Origin: an uncultured Desulfospira sp.
GTDB lineage: Bacteria; Desulfobacterota; Desulfobacteria; Desulfobacterales; Desulfobacteraceae
DNA length: 64,000 nucleotides
NCBI GenBank assembly: GCA_963663165.1
Contig: OY760175.1
Coordinates: 3,104,001 to 3,168,000 of the forward strand
Direction: 5' to 3'
Part shown: positions 40,843-50,717 of the stretch, one piece after another
How positions within the stretch are numbered: the stretch's first letter is position 1
Layout: every line of letters begins with the position of its first letter
Translations under genes and position numbers: made by a program
Notes under the pieces: generated by a model
Seen by the model: only the letters and a program-made list of their open reading frames with translations
Database searches by the model: none
What the model was told of the DNA's origin: nothing

Positions 40843-41608
40843 GTTTCTTTTTCTCCTTCAACATTAGTTGGCTGACAATAACCAGTGCCAGTGAAAGCAC
40901 CACCAGAAGCGCGGCAAGCGCATTAACTTCCGGTTTAACGCCCACCTTTACCATTGAAAAAATTTTCAACGGCAGCACATCATAACTGGGACCTGTAACA
41001 AATGAACTGATGATAACATCATCAAGGGACAGGGTAAATGTAAGAAGCCAGCTTGAAATAAGTGCCGGCCGCATCATGGGCAAAAGCACCCGGGTAACGA
41101 TATTTCTTTCTGATGCCCCCAGGTCTCTGGCCGCATCCAGAACATTGGGGTCAAAATCCTGTAGCCGTCCGGCAATGGTCATGATGGCAAAGGGAAGGCA
41201 AAAGGTGATGTGGGACAGCAGCAGAGACCAGAACCCCAGGGCAATGCCCACAGCAACGAAAAGCACCAGAAAGGCGATGGCCAGAATAATATCAGGGGCC
41301 ATCATCAGGGTGATGCTGGTGCCCCGGATAATCGCCCGCCCCGGGAACCTGTACCGGTTAAGCCCAATGGCGGCAAACGCCCCGATGGCTGTGGCCAGTG
41401 TGGCGGCACACAGCGCAATCACCACAGAATGGCGGGCCGCCGCCATCAGGGAATGGTTTTCCAGCATGGCCATAAACCATTTAAAGGTAAAGCCGTCCCA
41501 TTTCATCCCGTATTTGTTCAGGTTAAATGCATTGGCCACCAGCACACCAATGGGAAGATACAGATAGAAAAATATGCCTGTAAAATAAACCAGCCTTATC
41601 ATGTTCAC
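40826..41608 (-). CDS. potC: Spermidine/putrescine ABC permease
   Basis: FTLSLDDVIISSF, AARDLGAS; GTG start overlapping the potB stop. Confidence 0.92.
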   Translation of the reverse strand: MNMIRLVYFTGIFFYLYLPIGVLVANAFNLNKYGMKWDGFTFKWFMAMLENHSLMAAARHSVVIALCAATLATAIGAFAAIGLNRYRFPGRAIIRGTSITLMMAPDIILAIAFLVLFVAVGIALGFWSLLLSHITFCLPFAIMTIAGRLQDFDPNVLDAARDLGASERNIVTRVLLPMMRPALISSWLLTFTLSLDDVIISSFVTGPSYDVLPLKIFSMVKVGVKPEVNALAALLVVLSLALVIVSQLMLKEKKKHENTV

Positions 41609-42465
41609 GGCATCATCCCCCTTCCCTTGCCAAACCGCCGCAAAAGCAGGCCGTACCCGATGAGCATCAGGGCCATCAAGACAATCAGCACGATACTTGT
41701 GGCCGAGCCAAGAGGCCAGTTTCGGGCATTGAGAAACTGCTGCCAGATCAGGTTGCCCACCAGCAACTGGCGTGCCCCGCCCAGCAGGGAAGCCACATAG
41801 AAAAGCCCCATGGCAGGGACGAATACCATAACACATCCGGCCATTATCCCGGGCAGGGTCAGCGGGATGATGACCCTCATAAACACAGCCAAGGGCCCTG
41901 CCCCCAGATCCCGGGCAGCTTCAACCAGATGGTAATTGAGCTTTTCAACGGTGGCATACAGGGGCAGCACCATAAACGGCAGCATGAGATAAAAAAGGCC
42001 GGCAATAACGGCATAGTCGGTATACATGATCTTTAACGGGGTTTCGATAACCCCCAGAAAAAGAAGGGCTTTGTTAAGGATACCGTGAGTGCCCAGCACC
42101 ATTCGCATGGCATATGTCCGGACCAGGGAATTGGTCCAGAAGGGAATCATCAGAAGGACCAGCACAGACGTCCGCCATTTAGGCGTCATCCTTGCCGTAT
42201 ACCAGGCAAAGGGAAAACCTATGCCCAGGCACAACACCGTGGTGATCAAAGCCAGTCTCAAAGACCGGGTAAACACGGAGATATACGCCGGATCCATGAG
42301 ATCTAAGTAGGCTTTCCCGCTAAACGGAAGGGCCACCAGGCGGGCTGTATCCATGGTCATAAAACTGGTTATAACCAGGAGCAGCAGCGGAATGACGCCA
42401 AACAAAAGGAACCACCCTGAAATCAGCAGGATAATGTTGAGCCGGGTTTTGCTAATTGGTTTCAT
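41605..42465 (-). CDS. potB: Spermidine/putrescine ABC permease
   Basis: PFWTNSLVRTYA, EAARDLGA, RNWPLGSA. Confidence 0.92.
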   Translation of the reverse strand: MKPISKTRLNIILLISGWFLLFGVIPLLLLVITSFMTMDTARLVALPFSGKAYLDLMDPAYISVFTRSLRLALITTVLCLGIGFPFAWYTARMTPKWRTSVLVLLMIPFWTNSLVRTYAMRMVLGTHGILNKALLFLGVIETPLKIMYTDYAVIAGLFYLMLPFMVLPLYATVEKLNYHLVEAARDLGAGPLAVFMRVIIPLTLPGIMAGCVMVFVPAMGLFYVASLLGGARQLLVGNLIWQQFLNARNWPLGSATSIVLIVLMALMLIGYGLLLRRFGKGRGMMP

Positions 42466-43549
42466 CAGGCAGAACGACCTCCCAGCCCTTAACCCAGGAA
42501 ACATGCACCCGTTCGCCGACACTGTAATCAAAATCGGGATCATCTTCGTCGAAAAATTCACAGGCCGTCAGTTCGATACCATTATCCAGGCGGATCAGCG
42601 TATCCAGGGTACTGCCCCGGTAGCTGCGTTCAACAATGCTGCCGGGAAAGGTGATGATATCTTCCGGGGGGGCCTGATAAAGCCGCAGGTCTTCGGGACG
42701 CAGCAGCAGCTGTACCTTGTCGCCTGGTTTGAACTGCCCCTTGCTGCGGGCCGTGACCGGCTGATCAAATATGGTGGTTTCCACCTGCCCTGAATCAAGG
42801 AGGGCGGTTATCTCTCCCGGGAAAAAATTGATGTCCCCGATAAACCTGGCCACATAAAGATTTTCCGGTTCTTCGTAAACCTGGCGGGGGGTTCCCAGTT
42901 GCGCAATGGCCCCGTCCTGCATCACCACAATCCGGTCGGACATGGACAGGGCCTCTTCCTGGTCATGGGTCACAAAAATAAAGGAAATGCCCAGCTCCCG
43001 CTGAAGCTTTTTAAGCTCCAGCTGCATTTCCCGGCGCAGCCGTGCGTCCAGGGCGGAAAGGGGCTCATCCAGAAGCAGAATCCGGGGCCGGTTGACAATG
43101 GCCCTGGCCATGGCGACCCGCTGCTGCTGCCCCCCTGACAGCTGATGGGGATACCGCTTTGCAAAGCCGGCCATCTTAACCTGCTCCAGGGCCTCCATCA
43201 CACGGGTTTCAAGCGCCTGCCCTTTAATTTTTTTGACCTTAAGGCCAAACCCCACATTATTGAACACATTAAGGTGGGGAAAAAGGGCATAGCTTTGAAA
43301 GACCGTGTTGACCTTTCGGTTTTCCGCCGGCTGGGAAAGCAGATTTTTCCCGTCAAGAAGAATGGTGCCGCAGTCCGGCTCTTCAAACCCTGCGATGATG
43401 CGCAAAAGTGTGGTTTTCCCGCATCCCGAAGGGCCCAGAAGGGTGATGAATTCACTTTTTTTGACGTCTAAATTGAAATCCTGAAGGACCTGCTGGTCGA
43501 AGAAAGATTTTCCCACACCGCTAATAGAAAGGACCGTTTCCACCAGCAT
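42452..43549 (-). CDS. potA: Spermidine/putrescine ABC ATP-binding protein
   Basis: GPSGCGKTT, NTVFQSYALFPH, LSGGQQQR, EFFDEDDPDFD. Confidence 0.94.
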   Translation of the reverse strand: MLVETVLSISGVGKSFFDQQVLQDFNLDVKKSEFITLLGPSGCGKTTLLRIIAGFEEPDCGTILLDGKNLLSQPAENRKVNTVFQSYALFPHLNVFNNVGFGLKVKKIKGQALETRVMEALEQVKMAGFAKRYPHQLSGGQQQRVAMARAIVNRPRILLLDEPLSALDARLRREMQLELKKLQRELGISFIFVTHDQEEALSMSDRIVVMQDGAIAQLGTPRQVYEEPENLYVARFIGDINFFPGEITALLDSGQVETTIFDQPVTARSKGQFKPGDKVQLLLRPEDLRLYQAPPEDIITFPGSIVERSYRGSTLDTLIRLDNGIELTACEFFDEDDPDFDYSVGERVHVSWVKGWEVVLPDETN

Positions 43550-43647
43550 CTTTCCTTTGCTTGTCTTGATGTTAATTCGAATACGACGGCATTGTTTTTC
43601 ACCTGTGAAAAAGTGAAATTCTAAATATCCTATCCTTGATCCTTTTG

Positions 43648-43728
43648 TCAATTTCAAAGGAACCGCCGGATAAAAAAAGGGCGTGAAATGGTTCACGCCC
43701 TTGAAAGGATTACCGTTTGTGTTTAATT
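43648..43728. repeat. 81-bp direct repeat copy 1 (minus-strand terminator plus mvhA stop region)
   Basis: 77/81 identical to 44735-44815; contains the AAGGGCGTGAA..TTCACGCCCTT hairpin. Confidence 0.9.
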
Positions 43729-44110
43729 AAGGACGGTATAGCTCAAATCCGATAATATTTTGTAACATGGCAAAATGGTTGTCTAAGCTATAAATGCTAC
43801 TGCCGCTCTGTTTGGCATTTTGCGCAATGATTAAATCAGGGATTCCGACCCCATTAATTCCTTTTTTCAAACAGTTATATTGATATTTAATGATTTGATC
43901 CCAGCGTATATCAATATAAGTTGTTGTAATTGCAGTTAATAGTGAAACTAATTTATTTTTCTTTCTGAGTTTCAGAAAAGGTATGAGCTCACAAAGTATG
44001 AGTTCATTCGTCACAATGAGGTTCTCATCGATTAGAAATCCTAATGTATCTGAATGGTTACCGTATCTGAAGTACTCAATCCATATTGAAGTATCAATTA
44101 AAACCGACAT
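43727..44110 (-). CDS. vapC: VapC PIN-domain toxin
   Basis: VLIDTSIWI, ILCEL, IPDLIIAQ, SLDNHF; low GC. Confidence 0.9.
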   Translation of the reverse strand: MSVLIDTSIWIEYFRYGNHSDTLGFLIDENLIVTNELILCELIPFLKLRKKNKLVSLLTAITTTYIDIRWDQIIKYQYNCLKKGINGVGIPDLIIAQNAKQSGSSIYSLDNHFAMLQNIIGFELYRP

Positions 44111-44301
44111 TCTCTGTCTCTAAGTTCGTTTAAGTCAATATCCAAATCTACAGTGCCTTTATACTGTTTGATTTTTGAAATTTTTGATTTGCGAATCAAG
44201 TCCTCAAGAGCTGTAATGATTACTTTTGTTTTTGTTTTAATTTCGGTAGCTTTCATTGCTTCAATGAGCAAGTCTTCTGGTAAGTCAAGCGTTGTTCTCA
44301 T
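44098..44301 (-). CDS. vapB: VapB antitoxin
   Basis: MRTTLDLPEDLLIEAM...TKTKVI..AL; overlaps vapC. Confidence 0.88.
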   Translation of the reverse strand: MRTTLDLPEDLLIEAMKATEIKTKTKVIITALEDLIRKSKISKIKQYKGTVDLDIDLNELRDRECRF

Positions 44302-44376
44302 GGTATCCCCTCCTCATGTTTGATGCATATCATTATACGAACCAATGCATATATTGTCAACATTCGGATTTCAATA

Positions 44377-44460
44377 ATCGGGCAGCCGGGGGATAGTTAT
44401 CTACCCCAGCCCCCCTCAGAACCGCACGTGACAGTTTTCCGTCATACGGCTCAAGCATTT
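44377..44460 (-). mobile_element. Group II intron domain V-VI remnant (no RT ORF)
   Basis: GAGCCGTATGACGGAAAACTGTCACGTGCGGTTCTGAGGGG (DV), then DVI hairpin ending CCCGAT. Confidence 0.82.
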
Positions 44461-44734
44461 CTAAGGCTAAGCCTTGCGGGGTGGCTTTCTTGGATTTGAA
44501 GTCCACATGCTCAGAAGCATCTATCCGCCACGCGCCACGGGCAGAAAGGCAGATGCCGGAAAATAAGCAGGGCTGGGTGCGGATAAGATTCACCCTGCCC
44601 TGCAACGGCGGCAGAATCACTTGGGAGGTGTCCGTAACCATGTTTCACGAACAGTAATCTGCCGGCATAGGGAACATAGGGGCGCTGCGCATCCCTTACT
44701 CAAGTTAATAAGTTAAGGGCGTCCCCTTCACCCC

Positions 44735-44815
44735 TCAATCTCAAATGAACCGCCGGATACAAAAAGGGCGTGAAATGATTCACGCCCTTGAAAGGATTAC
44801 CGTTTGTGTTTAATT
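44735..44815. repeat. 81-bp direct repeat copy 2; intrinsic terminator of the hydrogenase operon (minus strand)
   Basis: Includes the mvhA TAA and the hairpin with a T-tail on the minus strand. Confidence 0.9.
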
Positions 44816-46243
44816 GACCTGCTTACCGCTGGCATCAACGATGGCCAGGTTGATGGTATTACCGCCGTCCAGGCGGTGGGTGGCGCAGGAAATTCAGGGG
44901 TCGTAGGCCCGGACCGCCATCTCCACCTTATTGAGGATGGTTTCATCCACCTTGCCGTCATGGATCAGAAGCCTTGCGGCCTGCTCCACGCTCATGCTGA
45001 TGGGGGCCAGGTTGTGGGTGGTGCCCACGATCATGTTGGAGGAGACCATCAGGCCGTTCTCATCGGTGGTGTAATCGTGGATCAGGGTGCCCCTCGGGGC
45101 TTCCACATGGCCCACGCCCCGCCCGGCACCGGGCGTTACGTCCAGCCGGGTTTTGGGATCCGTGATCTTCTTGTCCTGGAGCAGCATCAGGGTCTTTTCA
45201 CAGGCATAGACCAGCTCGATGAGCCTGGCCCAGTGATACAGCAGGGTATGCTGGGGATGCCGGCCAAAGGTGCTGCGAAATTCAGCTAACTCCTTTTGGG
45301 CCAGGGGGGTTGAGATGTCATCACAGACGTTGATCCGGGCCAGGCAGTTGGACCGGTAGACCCCTTTGGGGTTTTTAAGGTCTGTGGAAAATCCCTCTTC
45401 CCAGGACTTGGCATAGGGAAATTTGCCGTAGGACACATCCACCACTTTCTCGCCGATATAATCCAGGTAATCGGTGTCTTCAAAATCCGTGTAAGTGCCG
45501 TCGATTTTCATGAGCCGGATCTTGCCGTCATAAAAGTTCAGGCCGCCGTCAGGGTCCACCGTGCCGATAAACCCGGTGGTGATGGTGCCAAGGGTCTTGA
45601 CATCGTCCAGGTAGGCCGGGAAGATGTTTTCCTTGGCATGGGCCATGGAAAACCTGGCAAATTCCAGCAGCTCTCTGGTGTCGTCCACCAGACTCAGCCG
45701 CTGGGATTCGGACATGGGTTTTGAAAACCCGCCGGGCACAGCGGCAATGGGGTGAATTACCTTGCCGGCAAACTGCTCCATCATCATCTGCCCTTTCTGG
45801 CGCATGCGGATGACCTGTTTGGCCAGGTCCGGGGCGGTCCTGGCAATACCGATGACGTTTCTGACGCTGTAATCGGCATCAGGCCCCATGACAAAGTCCG
45901 GGGCGGCCAGAAAATAAAAATGCAGAATCTTGTCGTTGATATGGGCCATGTTCTGCATGCATTCCCTGAGCAGATGGCCTGCCGGGGCCACATCGGCTTT
46001 GAAACAGGCATCCACGGCCTTGGTGGAGGCCAGGTGATGGTGCCAGGGACAGATGCCGCAGATCCTCGTCACAATCCGGGTGACCTCTTCGGCCGGCCGT
46101 CCTTCAACGTATTTTTCAAATCCCCGGATGCTGTTAAAATGGGTGACCGCGCTTTCCACATTTCCCTGGCCATCCAGTTGTATTTTAATGCTCGCATGTC
46201 CTTCAATTCTGGACAGGGGCGCAATATTGATTGTTTTTCCCAT
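44810..46243 (-). CDS. mvhA: [NiFeSe] hydrogenase large subunit (MvhA/VhuA-like, group 3c), selenoprotein
   Basis: SRIEGH, L1 RICGIC; TGA at 44894-44896 gives L2 DP-U-ISCATH followed by a C-terminal extension to TAA 44810. Confidence 0.93.
44861..44877 (-). promoter_or_regulatory. SECIS-like hairpin, mvhA
   Basis: ACCGCC-TGGAC-GGCGGT, 16 nt after the UGA. Confidence 0.7.
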
Positions 46244-46245
46244 GC

Positions 46246-47178
46246 TTATCTGCCTCCTTCTTTGCAGACCAGGCGGTTGTGAGCCCCGGAAAACCGCAGG
46301 ATATTCTTGCGGTCCGTCAGGCTTGAAATGTCGATGCCGTTGCTGGCCAGGGCATTGAGCATGTCCAGCAGCTGGTTGCCGTCCTGATTTACCGGCCCGT
46401 AACACCCCCGGCACGGAACCCGGGCGCTGATACACCGGGGGGCGTCCCCGTTGGTGCCGGCGCACCCGACCCGGGTGACCGGTCCCATGCAAAGATAACC
46501 CTGCTCCAAAAGGCAGCGCATGGTGTCCAGGGGCTGGTCCGGATCAAAGTCCGGCTGGGTGAGAAACCGCTTTAAGGTTTTGACCTGGCCCTTGCCCTTC
46601 CGGATGGTGGGGCAGGTGTCGCACACGCTTCTAAAGGGCATCTCCAATGGGGTGTTATTGAGCAGGGACAGAATGGCCGCCCCGATATGGTCTGGATGGG
46701 GCGGGCAGCCCGGCAGATAGATATCCACCGGAACATGCTCGTCCAGGGCATAACACCGGTCCAGAAGGGGAGAGAGTCCTTCGGAGGGAATTTTCCCTTC
46801 TGGATCGGTGCTTTGGGTATGGTAATACCGGTCTGTCAGGCCCTGATTGGAAAAACTGTTGATCAGGGCCGGGATGCCCCCATGAGTAGCACAGGTGCCG
46901 AGGGCAATAAGGATTTTGCATTTTTTGCGCATCTCCCTGGCCACTTCCAGGTGTTCTTCATTCCGGATACCACCGGAAACAAGCCCCACCACGGCTTCAG
47001 GGATCTCAATTTCAGATTTATCCCCCATCTGCCCGTAATGCTTGTGATCCATGAGAACCGGGATATGGACAAAATCAAGTTCCGGGAGAAGTTCCAGAAG
47101 GGTTTCCCCCAAATTCAGAATGGCGATTTCGCATCCGGAGCAGGAATTGAGCCATTCGCTGGCAACGGTTACCGGCAT
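46246..47178 (-). CDS. mvhG: Hydrogenase small subunit (MvhG-like)
   Basis: SCSGCE, GTCATHGG, PGCPP, VCDTCP, CLLEQGYLCMGP, PCRGCYG. Confidence 0.92.
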   Translation of the reverse strand: MPVTVASEWLNSCSGCEIAILNLGETLLELLPELDFVHIPVLMDHKHYGQMGDKSEIEIPEAVVGLVSGGIRNEEHLEVAREMRKKCKILIALGTCATHGGIPALINSFSNQGLTDRYYHTQSTDPEGKIPSEGLSPLLDRCYALDEHVPVDIYLPGCPPHPDHIGAAILSLLNNTPLEMPFRSVCDTCPTIRKGKGQVKTLKRFLTQPDFDPDQPLDTMRCLLEQGYLCMGPVTRVGCAGTNGDAPRCISARVPCRGCYGPVNQDGNQLLDMLNALASNGIDISSLTDRKNILRFSGAHNRLVCKEGGR

Positions 47179-47603
47179 GCGTGAACCTCCTTTATTCCGT
47201 AAAGGTTGGGGCCAAGGGCCTTGATTTTATCGGTAAACCGGGTCACCTTTTCGACAAATCTCGGGGCTTCGGCGCCCGAGACCCATTCTAAGGCCACCCG
47301 TTCGGGATCAATGCCCAAATCTTCAAGCATGATCCGGATGATTTCAAATCTTGACTGTGCTTTGTAATTACCTTCCAGGTAATGGCATTCTGACAGATGT
47401 CACCCCATGACCATGACGCCGTCAGCACCTCTTTTCAAGGCGTCCACGACCAGATCCGGGTGGACCATGCCCGAGCACATGACCCGGATGGCTTTCATGT
47501 TGGACGGATAGCTGAGCCGGGAAACCCCGGCCAGGTCACCGCCGGCATAGGAACACCAGTTACACAGAAAACCGATGATGGTGGGTTCGTAATTTTTTGT
47601 CAT
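47169..47603 (-). CDS. mvhD: Hydrogenase iron-sulfur subunit MvhD, selenoprotein
   Basis: FLCNWCSY, RVMCSG; TGA at 47400-47402 gives G-U-HLSECHY (usual GCHxxxCHY); continues ..LEWVSGAE.. to TAA 47169. Confidence 0.93.
47367..47383 (-). promoter_or_regulatory. SECIS-like hairpin, mvhD
   Basis: ATTACCT-GGA-AGGTAAT, 16 nt after the UGA. Confidence 0.7.
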
Positions 47604-47604
47604 T

Positions 47605-50600
47605 TTAATTCTCCGTATGGGCTGCTTGCTCGCGTTTATTTTCTAAAATTGCATCCACTTGTGCCCTGAGTTGTCCCGGTGTAAACCCGTTGACCACCAC
47701 CCCTTCCTTGGGGCAGGTGGCGGCACAGATGCCGCAGCCCTTGCAAAGGGCCTGGTTGGTTTTAATCCGTTTATGGGGTCTGCCGTTGGCGTCGGTATAG
47801 GTGGTCAGTTCAATGGCATTAAAGGGGCAAAGGTCTACGCACAGGGCGCAGCCGTCACACCGGTGGGTCACCGCAGACTTAATGGCGTCCAGGCTGAGCT
47901 GTTTTTTGGACAGGATCACCCCGGCCCTTGAGGCGGCCGCCTTGCCCTGGGCAATGGCCTCGTCCACGGGTTTGGGATAATGGCACATGCCGGCCAGGAA
48001 AACGCCGTCCACACTGGTATCCACCGGCCGGAGCTTGGGATGGGCCTCCATGAGAAACCCGTCGGCATTCACGCCGCATTTGAACATGTCCACAAAGGTA
48101 TTGACGGGATTGGGAACAATGGCCGTGGCCAGAACCACCAGGTCCGCCTCAATCTGCAACGGCATCTGGAGAACCGGGTCAAATATCCGGACGTTCAGGC
48201 CATCTTCTGCTGCCGTTACTTCCGGCCGGGTGTCGGGGGTATACCGGATAAAGATCACCCCGGCGTCCCGGGCCTGCCGGTAAAGTATCTCCTTGTCCGA
48301 GTAGGTCCGGATATCCCGGTACAGGATATAGACATTCATGTCCGGCCGGGCCTGTTTCAGGTCCAGGGCCTTTTTAACGGACTGGGTGCAGCAGACCCTT
48401 GAACAATAGGGATGTTCCGCATTCCGGGAGCCCACACACTGGATAAACACAGCTGAGTCCAGATGGCCCGCGTTATCCGGGTCTTCTTTGAGCATGGCGT
48501 TGAACTCCAGTGCCGTTTTGACCCGGTCATCCCGGCCGTAAAGATATTCTTCGCCCTTGTACTCTTTAGCGCCGGTGGCAATGATGCAGGCCCCGAACTC
48601 GATATCTTCGGGGATGCCGTCCACCAGAAGCTCACCGGTGAAACTACCCACAAATCCTGAAACGGCTGAAAGGGTTGTGTTTGTCCGAACGTCAATCAGG
48701 CCGTGCTGCCGGATCTTTTCTTTGAGAAGGGCCACATGGGCTTTTATATCTTCATCTTTCCAGGTCTTTGCCAGCTGGTTGGAGACCCCGCCCATATCGT
48801 TGTCTTTTTCAACCAGGATGGTTTCAAACCCCTGTTCGGCCAGGTTCAGGGCCGCGCTCATGCCGGCAAAGCCCGCCCCCACCACCAGTGCCCGGGGCGT
48901 GATATTCACCTTGATATCGTGCAGCGGTTCGTCTTTGAGAACCTTGGCCAGGGCCATGCGGATCTGGGCCTTGGCTTTTTCCGTGGCCTTCTCAGGTTCA
49001 TCCGGATGGACCCAGGAGTTCATGTTCCTTATATTGGCCATTTCCACCATGTACTTGTTCAGGCCGACACTTTGAAGGGTCTCCTGGAACAAAGGTTCAT
49101 GGGTCCGGGGGGTGCAGGCGGCAATGACCACCCCGGTCAGCCCCTTTTCCCTGATGGTTTCGGCGATCAGGGTCTGGGTGTCGGCAGAACAGGTAAACAG
49201 GTTGTTTTCGGCATAGACCACACCGGGAAGGGTGGCGGCATACCGGGTCAGTTCATCCACATCCACTACCGAGGCAATATTGGTGCCGCAGGAGCAGACA
49301 AATACGCCGATACCAGGCTTTTTACCGGTCAGATCCAGTTCTTCAACAAACCGCTGTTCCAGGGTCCGGGTGCCCCGGGCTTTGGCCAGGGCCGCCTTGG
49401 CTTCAGCCGCCGCCGTGGAGGCCAAGGCCACGCTCTGGGGAATGGCTTTGGGGGACTGGAAGGCACCGGTAACAAAAATGCCCTCCCGGCTGGTGGACAC
49501 GGGGTTAAAACTGCCCACCCGGGCAAACCGGAACTGATTCAGGTCAATCTGACAGGTTTGGGCCAGTTTTCTGACCCCCTCAGGGGCTTTCAGACCAATG
49601 GACAGGACCACGATATCAAAGTTTTCTTCATGGCTTTGCCCGGCTTCGTCGGCCCAGATCATGGTGGCGCCGTGGCCGTCGGGTCCTTTGAGGATGGTAT
49701 GGGGCCGGGATCTGACATAGCGGACCCCTTTGGTGATGGACTCTTCGTAATACCGCTCATACTCTTTGCCCGGGGTCCGGATGTCCATGTAGAAAATGGT
49801 CTGTTCCGATGCCCCGTTAATGTGGCCCTGGGTCATGACCGCCTGTTTGATGGCATACATGCAGCAGACCGCAGAGCAGTACTCCTGGTCACCCCGGTTG
49901 ATATTCCGGGAGCCCACGCACTGGATCCAGGCCACTTTGGCAGGCTCGCTGCCGTTGGACCGGCATTTTAAGTGGCCCATGTCGGGGCCGGAGGCCGAGA
50001 GCATCCGCTCATATTCCAGACTGGTCACCACATCCGGGATATTGTCGTACCCATAAAAATCAATCCCGGCCGGACTGAAGGGCTGGAACCCCGGAGAGAG
50101 GATAATGGCCCCTACCTCAAGTTCAATGGTTTCCGGCTTCATGTCATGGTTAATGGCGCCGGTGGGACAGGCTTTGGCGCAGATCCCGCATTTGCCTTTG
50201 GCCAGGTAAATGCAGTGTTCCGGGTCTATGGCATATTTGAGGGGAACGGTCTGGCCGTACTTGATGTAAGCGGCTTTCCGCTTGGCCAGGCCGGCGTTGT
50301 ATTCGTCCTCTACCTTTTTGGGGCACTTTTCAGCGCAGATCCCGCAGGCAATGCATTTTTCTTCATCCACATACCGGGGTTTTTTCAAGACAGAAACGGT
50401 AAAATCCCCGGCCTGTCCTTCTACCGCCTCAATTTCACTTAAGGTCAAAAGTTCGATATTTAAGTGCCGACCGCACTCAACCAGCTTGGGTGAAACAATT
50501 CACATGGCACAGTCGTTGGTCGGGAAGGTCTTGTCCAGCTGGGACATGGCCCCGCCGATACCGGCGGATTTTTCCAGAAGATAGACGTAGAACCCGGCAT

Positions 50601-50679
50601 CGGCCAGGTCCAGGGCGCACTGGATTCCGGCAATACCACCACCGGCAACCAATACGGCACCATTGGTTTTTTCAGTCAT
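47605..50679 (-). CDS. hdrA: Heterodisulfide reductase subunit A-like flavoprotein (two FAD modules), selenoprotein
   Basis: [19 protein letters not shown](TGA 50500-50502)-IVSPKL continues in frame into the 947-aa ORF; two IQCVGSR..CS..CC motifs; ferredoxin domains. Confidence 0.93.
50460..50480 (-). promoter_or_regulatory. SECIS-like hairpin, hdrA
   Basis: TTGAGTGC-GGTCG-GCACTTAA, 19 nt after the UGA. Confidence 0.65.
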
Positions 50680-50717
50680 ACACACCTCTTTTAAAATTTA
50701 GGGATTAACTTTGATCT

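Noticed and set aside
44357..44641. 94-aa ORF
   Set aside because: Spurious translation of the group II intron DV/DVI RNA.
46244..46492. N-terminal extension of the hydrogenase large subunit in the ORF track
   Set aside because: Overlaps mvhG in another frame; the real start is ATG 46243 after AGGAGG.
44894..50502. hdrA, mvhD and mvhA as pseudogenes
   Set aside because: All three stops are TGA at conserved Cys positions with in-frame continuation and hairpins; selenocysteine fits better.
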